Under the pieces are notes generated by a model. It made no database searches. It saw nothing but the letters and a program-made list of their open reading frames with translations, and was not told the origin of the DNA. From Thermodesulfobacteriota bacterium (GTDB taxonomy: Bacteria > Desulfobacterota > Desulfobulbia > Desulfobulbales > SURF-16), in assembly GCA_040755455.1 (NCBI GenBank), contig JBFMAY010000050.1, positions 1-24,695 of the forward strand: a DNA stretch of 24,695 nucleotides. The letters run 5' to 3'. The first letter of the stretch is position 1. Each line of letters opens with the position of its first letter. Below are positions 1 to 8,820 of this stretch, in pieces. Both the position numbers and the translations under genes were made by a program.

Positions 1-88
1 TCTGTTGCGGCTGAAATCAGCGGGATTGTGACGGCTTTGCTGGAGAAATTCCCGCGAGAATATTATTTTTTTAATAAAATCAACAAGA

Positions 89-105
89 TTGGCACACACC
101 TCGCA
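89..105 (+). promoter_or_regulatory. Putative sigma-54 (-24/-12) promoter
   Basis: TTGGCACACACCTCGCA: GG at 91-92, exactly 10 nt, GC at 103-104; AT-rich upstream; precedes the 262 operon. Confidence 0.6.
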
Positions 106-261
106 AAACAGGTTCCGTGCCAAAGTGACGACTGTTTTCAAAAAAATGAGCCATGTTTCCTTCCTTTTCAAAATAGAGTTGTTCAAGTGAAACAATATGG
201 CTGAATTTAACACTAACATAACGAAATTACAAATATTTTTTGAGAAAAATCCCTTAAGTTA

Positions 262-1440
262 ATGACATTGGATATGCGCTTGTTTGTAATGATATTTTTT
301 GCTTTCTGGTTGTTTCAGCCTTTTTTCTCTTTTGTCGCCAAACCGGTTGAAGCAGCAGGGCAGGGTGTATCCGACAGCGGAATACTGGTCGGCACCTCTG
401 TGCCGCTCACGGGCCACGCATCCTACCTGGGTCTCGGTATCGTCACCGGCATGAATGCCTATTTTAAGCACGTCAACAGTCAGGGCGGCATTTATGGGCG
501 CGCAATCAAGTGCGTGGCCTACGACGATGACTATAACCCGCCTCTCATGATCAGCAATGTGAAGAGTCTGTTTGACAAAGACCGGGTTTTCGCCCTTATC
601 GGTCTTGTCGGCACACCCACCACCCTGACCATAGTCGAGCAGTGCGAGCAACAAAAAATTCCCTTGCTTTTTCCCTTCACAGGCGCCATTGAACTCCGGC
701 AGCCCATTAAAAATTACGTTTTGAATCTGCGCCCCAGTTACTGGGACGAGGGTGCCGCAGCGGTGGATTACTTCATCAAACACGGAAAGAGACGTATTGC
801 CGTGTTTTACCAGAATGACGCCTACGGTCTTAACGGGCGCAACGGAGTTGACCGCCGCCTGATCAAATACGACCTTGGGCTGGCGGCAGAGGCTTCCTAT
901 ATTCGCGGGGTGTCTGATGTGGAGACCCAGGTGCAGGAAATAAAAAAAAGCGATCCTGATGTTGTTGTCATGATTGGCACTGCCGAGCCCTGTGCGGCAT
1001 TTATCGTGGAGGCGCTCAGGCAGGGGATGAAAGACGTTTTGTTCTCCAATGTCTCTTTTGTGGGTGCTCATGAGCTGGCAAAACGTTTACCGGATAACAA
1101 GGCCACGGTGTTCGTTACCCAGGTGTTTCCCTCCATAGCTGATACCTCGTTACCGGCTGTCAGGGAATACCGGCGGCTCATGCAGACATTTTTCCCGGCA
1201 ACTGAGCCCGATCAGGTTTCACTTGAGGGTTTTTTAAACGCCAAGCTTTTTGTCGAGGCCCTGAAAAGGAGCGGGGTTGATCCTGACCGGGAATCACTTG
1301 TCAAAACCATTGAAGATATGCATGAATTCGATATCGGCATCGGGGAAAAGGTCAATTTCAGCCTGATTGATCACCAGGGACTGGATAAGATCTATCTCAC
1401 CAGGATAGTTGATGGAAAAATCATTTATCTCCAGGATTAA
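262..1440 (+). CDS. Periplasmic substrate-binding protein, LivJ/LivK-like (branched-chain amino acid/amide type I PBP family)
   Basis: N-terminal hydrophobic signal/anchor; motifs VGTSVPLTG, GGIYGR..YDDDYNP, LIGLVGTPT, FYQNDAYG, SLEGFLNAK; start could be ATG 274. Confidence 0.9.
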   Translation: MTLDMRLFVMIFFAFWLFQPFFSFVAKPVEAAGQGVSDSGILVGTSVPLTGHASYLGLGIVTGMNAYFKHVNSQGGIYGRAIKCVAYDDDYNPPLMISNVKSLFDKDRVFALIGLVGTPTTLTIVEQCEQQKIPLLFPFTGAIELRQPIKNYVLNLRPSYWDEGAAAVDYFIKHGKRRIAVFYQNDAYGLNGRNGVDRRLIKYDLGLAAEASYIRGVSDVETQVQEIKKSDPDVVVMIGTAEPCAAFIVEALRQGMKDVLFSNVSFVGAHELAKRLPDNKATVFVTQVFPSIADTSLPAVREYRRLMQTFFPATEPDQVSLEGFLNAKLFVEALKRSGVDPDRESLVKTIEDMHEFDIGIGEKVNFSLIDHQGLDKIYLTRIVDGKIIYLQD

Positions 1441-3577
1441 AAGCCTGTTCCGGGCCGATACCCCGTACCTCATCACCCGGTCTTTTTCCGTCAGGATGCT
1501 GCCGCTTTCCTTCCTTGCCGGCATTTTTATATGTATTGCCATTCCCGCAAGTTACTATTATCTGGGCAGGACCAATGCTGCCCGGCAGGCGGCAGTGCAC
1601 GCCAACTACATTGCTTCTATCTTCCGCGAGGTTCTGGAAAAGCATCCCTTGGCCTGGAAGGAAGAAATAAATGCGGAACTGGCTGTTGCCAATATCACCC
1701 GCATAGAAATTTTTGACCGCAATAACAACCTGATTGCGGAGTTGACATCCGGCAGCCTTCCTGCGCATCGCTGGTCAATGGTATCATCGGAACAGAAAGT
1801 GACTTACGGCGGAAGCATCTATGCCCTGGTAAAAGTGGGTATTTCCCTTGAACAACTGGGCAATCAAACCCTCATGCTGCTGCTGTTTTCCCTTGCATGC
1901 GGGACGCTTGAAGGAATAGCGCTTTTCCTGCTCCCCGTCTTCAAAATTCAGGATGTGGAGGAGCAGATAAACAGATCGCACCAGAAACTTTTGGACGAGC
2001 AGCAAAAGCTGCAGAACTCCGAAGAGAAATTCAGGACCTTTTTCGAATTTGCCCCTGATGGAACAGTCATTTCAACCGCGAGCGGCAGACTGCTTTCCTG
2101 CAATCACGCCTTCCGGGAGATGTTTCAAATTGATGAGAAGGATTTCCGCAGCATGAACGCGAAGGACTTTTACTTTGATCCAGGGGCAAGAGACAGACTT
2201 TTAGCCGAGCTTTTTGAGGTCGGCGAAGTAAAAAATATGGAGGTTGTTTTCAGGAAAAAGGACGGCGAAGAGCTCCCCGCCCTGGTTTCCATGAAGTTAT
2301 TCAGCAGCCGCATCATAAAGGAAGAGGATAGTCTCCTGGAAAACGACAAAGCACTGTTGCAGACCATCATAAGAGACATCAGCGAAAAAAAAGAGGTAGA
2401 GAAACAGCTTGCCCAGGCCCATAAACTGCAAAGTATCGGCTTGCTTGCCGGCGGAGTGGCTCATGACTTCAACAACATCCTGTCGGGCATGATGGGGTAC
2501 GCGGGCCTGATCAGGCTCCAGACTCCTGCAGATAAGGATGTGCACCAGTATGCGAAGATTATAGAAAAGGCGGCGATAAGAGGTTCCGAGCTGACCAGGA
2601 AGCTCCTGGCCTTTGCCCGGGGGGGGAAATATCTGATTGAGGATGTCAATCTCAATGAAATAGCGGAAGAGGTGCTGGAAATACTCGCGCATACCATTGA
2701 GAAGAAGATCGTTATTTTAAAAGATTTTGCCCCGGACCTCCGGAATGTGAGGGCCGATGCCTCGCAAATGAACCAGGTGCTGCTCAACTTCTGCATCAAT
2801 GCCAGGGATGCCATGGCTGGTCTGGAGAGATGCGAGCTCCTCATCAAGACTTTTACTATTTATTTGGAAAAGCGGGGCTTTTCTACGGGAGATGTGAGTG
2901 AACCAGGCGAATACGTTGGTATAGCAGTTTCTGATACCGGTTCAGGCATGAGCCAGGACCTTTTGTCCAAGATATTTGATCCTTTTTTCAGCACTAAAGA
3001 AAAAGGGCAGGGGACCGGTCTTGGGCTTTCCATGGTTTACGGCATCATAAGAAATCATGATGGCTATATTGATGTGATCAGCGAACCGGGGAAAGGGAGC
3101 ACTTTTGTCATATACCTGCCTTCCTCCCTGGCCGGGGAAGCAGGGAGAGATAAGACGGCCGGGACAGACAAAAAATATGCAGGGGAAACACCCGGCGGAA
3201 CCGAGACTATCCTGCTGGTCGATGATGAGGCTGAGGTCCGGAATTTCACCAAGGTTCTGCTGGGCGAAAAAGGGTACAATGTCCTGCCGGCAGAGGACGG
3301 CGAGGACGCCATAGCCGTTTACAGGACCAACCGTGATACCATCGATCTCGTGCTCCTGGATATGATCATGCCGAAGAAAAACGGAACAGAGGTTTTTTAT
3401 GAACTCAAGGAGATGAATCCAGAGGTGAAAGTCATTATCGTCAGTGGCTTCAGCATGGATTATCAGGCCCAGCAGTTGCTCAACGATGGAGCCTTTGCCT
3501 TTATCCAGAAACCTTACCGGACGGATAAGCTGCTGTTTGCAATCCGCGAAGTGTTTGCCCAACTTGTTACGAATTAG
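1412..3577 (+). CDS. Membrane-bound hybrid histidine kinase (2 TM, PAS, HisKA, HATPase, REC)
   Basis: H-box [13 protein letters not shown]-box NFCINARDAM, DTGSGM, FFSTK, GTGLGL, REC ILLVDDE...LLDMIMP; AGGA before ATG 1412; overlaps the upstream gene. Confidence 0.93.
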   Translation: MEKSFISRIKSLFRADTPYLITRSFSVRMLPLSFLAGIFICIAIPASYYYLGRTNAARQAAVHANYIASIFREVLEKHPLAWKEEINAELAVANITRIEIFDRNNNLIAELTSGSLPAHRWSMVSSEQKVTYGGSIYALVKVGISLEQLGNQTLMLLLFSLACGTLEGIALFLLPVFKIQDVEEQINRSHQKLLDEQQKLQNSEEKFRTFFEFAPDGTVISTASGRLLSCNHAFREMFQIDEKDFRSMNAKDFYFDPGARDRLLAELFEVGEVKNMEVVFRKKDGEELPALVSMKLFSSRIIKEEDSLLENDKALLQTIIRDISEKKEVEKQLAQAHKLQSIGLLAGGVAHDFNNILSGMMGYAGLIRLQTPADKDVHQYAKIIEKAAIRGSELTRKLLAFARGGKYLIEDVNLNEIAEEVLEILAHTIEKKIVILKDFAPDLRNVRADASQMNQVLLNFCINARDAMAGLERCELLIKTFTIYLEKRGFSTGDVSEPGEYVGIAVSDTGSGMSQDLLSKIFDPFFSTKEKGQGTGLGLSMVYGIIRNHDGYIDVISEPGKGSTFVIYLPSSLAGEAGRDKTAGTDKKYAGETPGGTETILLVDDEAEVRNFTKVLLGEKGYNVLPAEDGEDAIAVYRTNRDTIDLVLLDMIMPKKNGTEVFYELKEMNPEVKVIIVSGFSMDYQAQQLLNDGAFAFIQKPYRTDKLLFAIREVFAQLVTN

Positions 3578-3657
3578 GCGGTGAAGTATTCACCGCAGCT
3601 GCAGGCAAAGAGGATAACCTTTCAAAAAGACGGAAAGCCGACCAACCTCCTATGTAA

Positions 3658-3670
3658 TATCAACAGATTA
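3658..3670 (+). promoter_or_regulatory. Possible IHF-binding site
   Basis: TATCAACAGATTA matches WATCAANNNNTTR exactly; intergenic; short motif so a chance match is possible. Confidence 0.3.
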
Positions 3671-3700
3671 CAAGATCCTGCTGTTGGGAGACGCCCCTTT

Positions 3701-3799
3701 ATCGGGATGCGCAGCATTGTCGGCAACGGCGAGCAGGTCATCGAAGACAAATATCTGGGCGGGCTGCTGGCCCAGAAGGAGTTGGATCACCTAAACTGG
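3701..3799 (+). pseudogene. Relic of a CZB (chemoreceptor zinc-binding) domain chemoreceptor gene
   Basis: Translates IGMRSIVGNGEQVIEDKYLGGLLAQKELDHLNW; QKExDHLNW recognised as the first helix of CZB domains in delta-proteobacterial MCPs; no continuation. Confidence 0.5.
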
Positions 3800-3800
3800 C

Positions 3801-4106
3801 TTTATCCTGTCCGTCCACTCGACCTGCGAGCATGTGTACCATCCTCTTGCCGCCTGGGCCAAGGGCTACGTGCTGAAGGAGTCCATCGGCAGAAAGTCCC
3901 CGCTGGAACGCCTGAGAAGACGGGAACGGCAGGTTCTGCACCTTGTCGTTGATGGCGCTTCCAGCCCCGTTATTGCTGAAAAACTCTTCCTTTCCCCCAA
4001 GACAGTCGAAACCTACCGGAGCCGCATCATGCGGAAGCTCGGGGTCCGGGATATCACCGCTCTGGTAAAGTTTGCCGTTCGGCATGGAATCATCAACGTC
4101 GAATAG
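3801..4106 (+). pseudogene. Truncated NarL/FixJ-family (LuxR-HTH) response regulator
   Basis: In-frame FILSVHSTCEHVYHPLAAWAKGYVLKESIG (end of a REC domain) joined to KSPLERLRRRERQVLHLVVDG...LSPKTVETYRSRIMRKLG (LuxR HTH); in-frame stop at 3792; phospho-Asp region absent. Confidence 0.8.
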
Positions 4107-4253
4107 TTTCCGGCAAGTCCCCTACAGATTTCCTTCCCCACTAAAAAATATTTATTGGTCATTTTTCAAGGTTTCCCTACATACAGAAGCGCTGTCTTCC
4201 CTTTTAATTAAATAAGGGAAGGGTAAACAAAATCCAGCAGAGAAGGGTAAGTT

Positions 4254-4403
4254 ATGGAACTGGGGGACAGTGCTTTTTCGGAACAGTCCGTTTTCTTCCG
4301 GCTTTCGGGCATTGTTTCGATTCAGTTTTTCAGACTTACCTTTCTTTTGCTGGTGACCCTGTTGGTTGATATCCGGGCGGCCATCAAGACATTTCAGTTA
4401 TAA
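4254..4403 (+). CDS. Possible 49-aa small hydrophobic protein
   Basis: ATG 4254-TAA 4403 after purine-rich AGAAGGG; MELGDSAFSEQSVFFRLSGIVSIQFFRLTFLLLVTLLVDIRAAIKTFQL; no recognised family. Confidence 0.2.
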   Translation: MELGDSAFSEQSVFFRLSGIVSIQFFRLTFLLLVTLLVDIRAAIKTFQL

Positions 4404-4449
4404 AATAAGAATATATTCTCGTTTCCATGTCTGCCTTAGGACCTGCGTG

Positions 4450-4977
4450 ATGGCCTTTACCACCAAATTCGACCCGGCGCATAACATCATCACCCTGAAT
4501 GGGGTCCCTGTTTCTCTCCATTGCCACCATTACAACTGCGGACTCCTGCGGGTGATTGAAAAATTTCCCCACATCGATGCGCACAATATCTTGATCAGGA
4601 CGGCGGCCGAGGAATTTTGTCAAAACTTCAAGAGTTATTTTGCCGATCAGCAGCCGGATTGTACGGCGGCGGATGCTTTGCGGCTGGCGGCCGTTCTTTA
4701 CCGCGTCATGGGTTTCGGCAGGATTGACCTGAGTCAGCTGGGGGAAGCGGGTGGGACCGCCTCCTCGGATTCTTCCTATTTCGTTGTCGGCTGGCTGGCA
4801 AAGTACGGTCGCCGGCCAGACCCAGTCTGCTATGTAACATGCGGATTTATCGCGGGAATACTTGCCGCGGTTTTCCAGGCCCCGCCCGACGCCTATGAGG
4901 TGCAGGAAACGGATTGCCTGGTGACAGGCGGGGAGTGCTGTGCATTTTCAGTGCGCAGGAGGCATCATGGCCGTTGA
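4450..4977 (+). CDS. V4R (4-vinyl reductase) domain protein with HCHHYNC motif
   Basis: GFGRIDL, PVCYVTCGFIAGIL...YEVQETDCLVTGGECCAF match the V4R C...ExxC....C pattern; ATG 4450 after AGGA. Confidence 0.82.
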   Translation: MAFTTKFDPAHNIITLNGVPVSLHCHHYNCGLLRVIEKFPHIDAHNILIRTAAEEFCQNFKSYFADQQPDCTAADALRLAAVLYRVMGFGRIDLSQLGEAGGTASSDSSYFVVGWLAKYGRRPDPVCYVTCGFIAGILAAVFQAPPDAYEVQETDCLVTGGECCAFSVRRRHHGR

Positions 4978-5572
4978 CAGCAGAAAAATTATCGAAGTAG
5001 CGTCACGCCTGCCGATCACCAGCAATGAACGAGGCATCATGGCCGCCTTCGGTGTCTATGCGATCATGAATTACAATGAATTCTATTTCAAGCTGGTTTC
5101 CCGGATTATAGAGAAGATGGACGACGCAGAGTCCCAGGTGGTTGAGCAGAGCCTCTACGATGCGGTTCTGGAATGCGGTTATCATACCTTCCACGGCGTC
5201 CGGACCTCCATGCACTGGCGTGAGCATGTTCTGCCGATGATCAAGACTCCCGAGGACGAAGTGCATGCCCTGGTTGCCTTTACGAATATCTTCGGCATCG
5301 GTTTTATTGAGGTCGAGGACCTGGTGCCCGGGGAAAAACTGGTGACCATCGTGCCGAATGCCTATGACGCCGGTCGCTACCTGGAAGAATACGGCCATCA
5401 GCCAAGAGGCCGGTGTTATATGTTCAATGCCTGCACCGCCTCCTACATGGATCTCGTTTACGGACCCTGCTATCCCCGCGGCATGGGGACCTTCGTGTCA
5501 CGGGAGGTGGCATGCCGGTCCATGGGGCATGACACCTGCACGTTTATCGCCCAACGTCATCTTGCCCAATAG
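4967..5572 (+). CDS. Second V4R-family domain protein
   Basis: AGGAGG RBS before ATG 4967; FGIGFIEV, RCYMFNA...FVSREVACRSMGHDTCTF V4R-like C-terminus; 11-nt overlap with the upstream gene. Confidence 0.78.
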   Translation: MAVDSRKIIEVASRLPITSNERGIMAAFGVYAIMNYNEFYFKLVSRIIEKMDDAESQVVEQSLYDAVLECGYHTFHGVRTSMHWREHVLPMIKTPEDEVHALVAFTNIFGIGFIEVEDLVPGEKLVTIVPNAYDAGRYLEEYGHQPRGRCYMFNACTASYMDLVYGPCYPRGMGTFVSREVACRSMGHDTCTFIAQRHLAQ

Positions 5573-5583
5573 AGATTCACGTC

Positions 5584-7221
5584 ATGAGCGATACCGACAA
5601 TGTCATCAAATGGCCTTTACAGGTCAGCGCTTTCGAGATATTGCACTCGTTGCCGGATGCCGTGGTGACCACGGATCGCCAGATGCGGGTCAACTACTTC
5701 AATCTGGCGGCGGCCAGGTTGACCGGTTTCCGGCCAGTCGAGGCTCTGGGCATGTATTGCAAGGATGTCCTCAAATCCGATATCTGCGAGACGGAATGCC
5801 TGGTCAAAAGAGCTCTCGATTCCCGCCGGAACGTCTTCAATGTTGAGACCGCCATCACTACCGCTCTCCGTGATAGAACCAACATCCTGGTCAACGCCTC
5901 GCTCCTGACCGATTACACCGGAGACATTGTCGGCTATATGTGTGTTTTTCGGGACATCATGCAGCTGAAGAAGATGATGGTCGATCTGGAAAAATCCCGG
6001 GATGATCTGGAGCGGGCAAACGAGCTGCTCTGGAAGGAAATTGAGGAGCGCAAGCGCGCCGAGGAGGAAAGGGCCAGGTTGGAAGCCCAGCTGCGCCACG
6101 CCCAGAAGATGGAGGCCATTGGCACCCTTGCCGGCGGGGTGGCCCATGACTTCAACAATCTCCTCATGGCCATCCTGGGCAACGTCATGCTCATGCTGCT
6201 GGAGACGGATCCCCGCCACTCCAATTATAAAAAGCTGAAAAGCGCCGAGGAATGCGTAAAAAGCGCCGCCAGCCTCACCAGGCAACTCCTTGGTTTTGCC
6301 CGGAGCGGGAAATTCGATGTCAAGCCCACCGATTTCAACGAGCTTGTCAAGAATACAACCGAGATGTTTGCCAGGACAAAAAAAGAAATCACCGTGCATA
6401 CGCAATATCAGGAAAACATCTGGGCCGTTGAGGCAGATCAGTCCCAGTTTGAACAGGTGATATTGAATCTTCTTATCAATGCCTGGCAGGCCATGCCGGG
6501 TGGCGGGGATATTTTCATCCGCACGGAGAATTTCACGGCAAATGGCAAGGAGCCTTTTCCACTGCAGCCGGGGAAATATGTCAATATCTCGGTAACCGAT
6601 ACTGGTGTGGGCATGGATGAGGCCACCCAGCAGAGGATATTTGAACCGTTCTTCACCACCAAGGAAATGGGGCGGGGAACAGGATTGGGCTTGGCCTCGG
6701 TCTATGGCACCATCAAGAATCATGGCGGTTATATCTCTGTTTCAAGTGCGCCCGGCAGGGGCGCCACATTCAGCATTTATCTGCCGGCATCTGAGAAGGA
6801 ACCTGTCAGTGAGGTGAGACGCGCCGATGAGGTGGTGAAAGGTTCGGGAACCGTACTGCTTGTCGATGATGACGCAATCATTATCGGCGTCGGGGTGGAT
6901 GTCCTTGAACATCTGGGGTATCAGGTCATGACCGCAGGCAGTGGCGAAGAGGCTATTTCCCTTTATGAAAAAAATAAGGACAGGATTGATATTGTCCTGC
7001 TGGATATGATCATGCCGGGTATGGGTGGGGGGGAAATTTTCGACAGATTGAAGGAAATCAACCCGGATGTCCGTGTTCTCCTGTTGAGCGGCTACAGTAT
7101 AGATGGTCTGGCCACCAAGATCTTAAACCGGGGGTGTAAGGGGTTCCTGCAAAAAACCTTCAAGATTGCCGACCTGTCAAAAAAAATCTCAGAAATATCT
7201 TGTGAGTCAAAAGTTCTGTAG
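5584..7221 (+). CDS. Cytoplasmic PAS hybrid histidine kinase (PAS, coiled coil, HisKA, HATPase, REC)
   Basis: [66 protein letters not shown]; no TM helix. Confidence 0.93.
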   Translation: MSDTDNVIKWPLQVSAFEILHSLPDAVVTTDRQMRVNYFNLAAARLTGFRPVEALGMYCKDVLKSDICETECLVKRALDSRRNVFNVETAITTALRDRTNILVNASLLTDYTGDIVGYMCVFRDIMQLKKMMVDLEKSRDDLERANELLWKEIEERKRAEEERARLEAQLRHAQKMEAIGTLAGGVAHDFNNLLMAILGNVMLMLLETDPRHSNYKKLKSAEECVKSAASLTRQLLGFARSGKFDVKPTDFNELVKNTTEMFARTKKEITVHTQYQENIWAVEADQSQFEQVILNLLINAWQAMPGGGDIFIRTENFTANGKEPFPLQPGKYVNISVTDTGVGMDEATQQRIFEPFFTTKEMGRGTGLGLASVYGTIKNHGGYISVSSAPGRGATFSIYLPASEKEPVSEVRRADEVVKGSGTVLLVDDDAIIIGVGVDVLEHLGYQVMTAGSGEEAISLYEKNKDRIDIVLLDMIMPGMGGGEIFDRLKEINPDVRVLLLSGYSIDGLATKILNRGCKGFLQKTFKIADLSKKISEISCESKVL

Positions 7222-7239
7222 TGCTCAAGCCCGGGGGGA

Positions 7240-7256
7240 TTGGCCACGCCTTTGCC
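7240..7256 (+). promoter_or_regulatory. Putative sigma-54 promoter for the cytochrome gene
   Basis: TTGGCCACGCCTTTGCC: GG 7242-43, N10, GC 7254-55, with TTGC at -12. Confidence 0.5.
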
Positions 7257-7309
7257 CAGAAATGACAGCAAAATCCCCCGATGACATATTTGAACACTTG
7301 AAAGTGACT

Positions 7310-7365
7310 CCCAGAAGGATGGATCACCTGAACTGGATTGGAAAGTGGAGATCGCCCTCATTGAT
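7310..7365 (+). pseudogene. Second relic of a CZB-domain chemoreceptor gene
   Basis: cccagaagga-tggatcacctgaactggattggaaagtggagatcgccctcattgat reads QK.DHLNWIGK/VEIALID with indels; similar to 3771-3799. Confidence 0.4.
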
Positions 7366-7436
7366 CTGCCCCGTATTTTCAACTTTACCGATTTCGAGCT
7401 TAATCGATTCCCGGACCAAGGAGTCCTAACAATTTC

Positions 7437-8609
7437 ATGAGACCATATCAACACCTGAAGATTTCCGCTCTTTGTCTGCTCCTTTTGCCTTTCAGGTCAG
7501 CCTGGGCCGGGGATTACCTTAACTCGGCCCACGGCACCACCTACGGCGTCAAGCGCAGCAGCACCTCCACCCTCGGCTACGCCCAGGGCAACTGCGCCCA
7601 CTGCCACGAACAGCATGCCAGCATCGGCGGGGATGAGCCGGATCCGGCCAACGGCGAGGCGAGCGACTATCTCCTCTTTGACGTCAATCAGACCAGCCAG
7701 ACGGAGAATTTCTGCTTCGACTGCCATCAGTCGGGCGGCTACCAGACCGGCGGCATCTCGCTCAATAAAAGCTACAGCTATAACTTCGGCGGCGACACGA
7801 CGGGCGGTTCCTATGACAGCACCATCAAGGATTCCTTCAGCCATGCCGAATTGTCTGCAGGCTCCTCCCATTACCTCCCGGACATTGTCAGCCAGGTACT
7901 GGGCAAAACCATGAAAGATGCCGACGGGGTGAGCTGGTCCCTGCCGGCGGGCATCAACCCATGCGATGCCTGCCATAATCCCCATCTGGCCCAGCGCAAC
8001 GCCAATTCCCCCTATGATGCCGCCAAGTCCGCCATTTCCAGGCCGAGCGATCATCAACACAGGTGGGGTGATGATGCCTCGGAGAGGATGAACGCCGCCT
8101 ATAGTGACTACATGGCCCCATACTGGTGGGGTTCGACCAGTCGTGAGCCGGACAACAGCACCACGACGAACGGCTCCAATCTGCCGAATTACGTCAGGCT
8201 CTGCACTGACTGCCACAACGAATACAATACCATCTACAGCACAAACCCACGCCTGCACGATACTCCAAGGAATATCAGGAAATTAAGCTGGAAGACCTCC
8301 AGCGCGGTGGTCACGGTGGACGCGCATGGTGCCTATGGAGGAAGTATCACTTATCCGAGGAGCCCGTATACTGCCGGTACAGACCACACGCTCTCTTGTC
8401 TTGACTGCCATGAGCCACATGGGGCAAAAAACAATATCTATCTGGTCCGCTCATCAGTCAACAAGGCGGCGATTTCCGTGCCCGACACCACTGACGCCTC
8501 ATGGCAGAGTTTTTGTTATAACGCCTGCCATACGCGTGCCGACCACAATTCAAGTAAACCGGGTTGCCATAACTGCCACTACCATGGCGGCGGGCGTGGC
8601 GGTTTCTGA
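7437..8609 (+). CDS. Exported multiheme c-type cytochrome (6 CxxCH plus 1 CxxxCH)
   Basis: Signal peptide ending SAWA; CAHCH, CFDCH, CDACH, CTDCH, CLDCH, CHNCH and CYNACH; AAGGAG RBS. Confidence 0.9.
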   Translation: MRPYQHLKISALCLLLLPFRSAWAGDYLNSAHGTTYGVKRSSTSTLGYAQGNCAHCHEQHASIGGDEPDPANGEASDYLLFDVNQTSQTENFCFDCHQSGGYQTGGISLNKSYSYNFGGDTTGGSYDSTIKDSFSHAELSAGSSHYLPDIVSQVLGKTMKDADGVSWSLPAGINPCDACHNPHLAQRNANSPYDAAKSAISRPSDHQHRWGDDASERMNAAYSDYMAPYWWGSTSREPDNSTTTNGSNLPNYVRLCTDCHNEYNTIYSTNPRLHDTPRNIRKLSWKTSSAVVTVDAHGAYGGSITYPRSPYTAGTDHTLSCLDCHEPHGAKNNIYLVRSSVNKAAISVPDTTDASWQSFCYNACHTRADHNSSKPGCHNCHYHGGGRGGF

Positions 8610-8633
8610 TTCCTGACTGTTTGTTGAAATTAG

Positions 8634-8681
8634 GAGCCGTTACGAAATAACATGGCCATTTTTTCAATTTCGTTACGGCTC
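8634..8681. terminator. 15-bp inverted repeat (stem-loop/possible terminator or operator) after the cytochrome gene
   Basis: gagccgttacgaaat (8634-8648) and atttcgttacggctc (8667-8681), one mismatch; no clear U-tract. Confidence 0.4.
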
Positions 8682-8820
8682 ATTATGCCGTTCCGCGCAT
8701 TTCTCTGGCCATGTTATTTTTTTACAACGGCTTACTACAAAAAGAGGTTGACGCTGCCTGAAAAAACACAAGGCTTGTTGTGCGGGCATGGAGAAAAAAA
8801 TTAACAACAGGAGATAGGCA

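Noticed and set aside
107..123. Minus-strand sigma-54 promoter TTGGCACGGAACCTGT
   Set aside because: Good -24 element but GT instead of GC at -12; it only forms an inverted repeat with 89-95
1..150. Open frame from base 1 to TGA at ~150 as the end of an upstream gene
   Set aside because: No recognisable motif and it runs through AT-rich promoter-like DNA; unsupported within this window
3581..3952. 123-aa + strand ORF as a real gene
   Set aside because: Chimeric reading across intergenic DNA, the CZB relic and an off-frame part of the LuxR relic
259..8258. Long antisense ORFs (259-1071, 2942-3562, 5617-6723, 7497-8258)
   Set aside because: Shadows of well-supported + strand genes; no recognisable motifs
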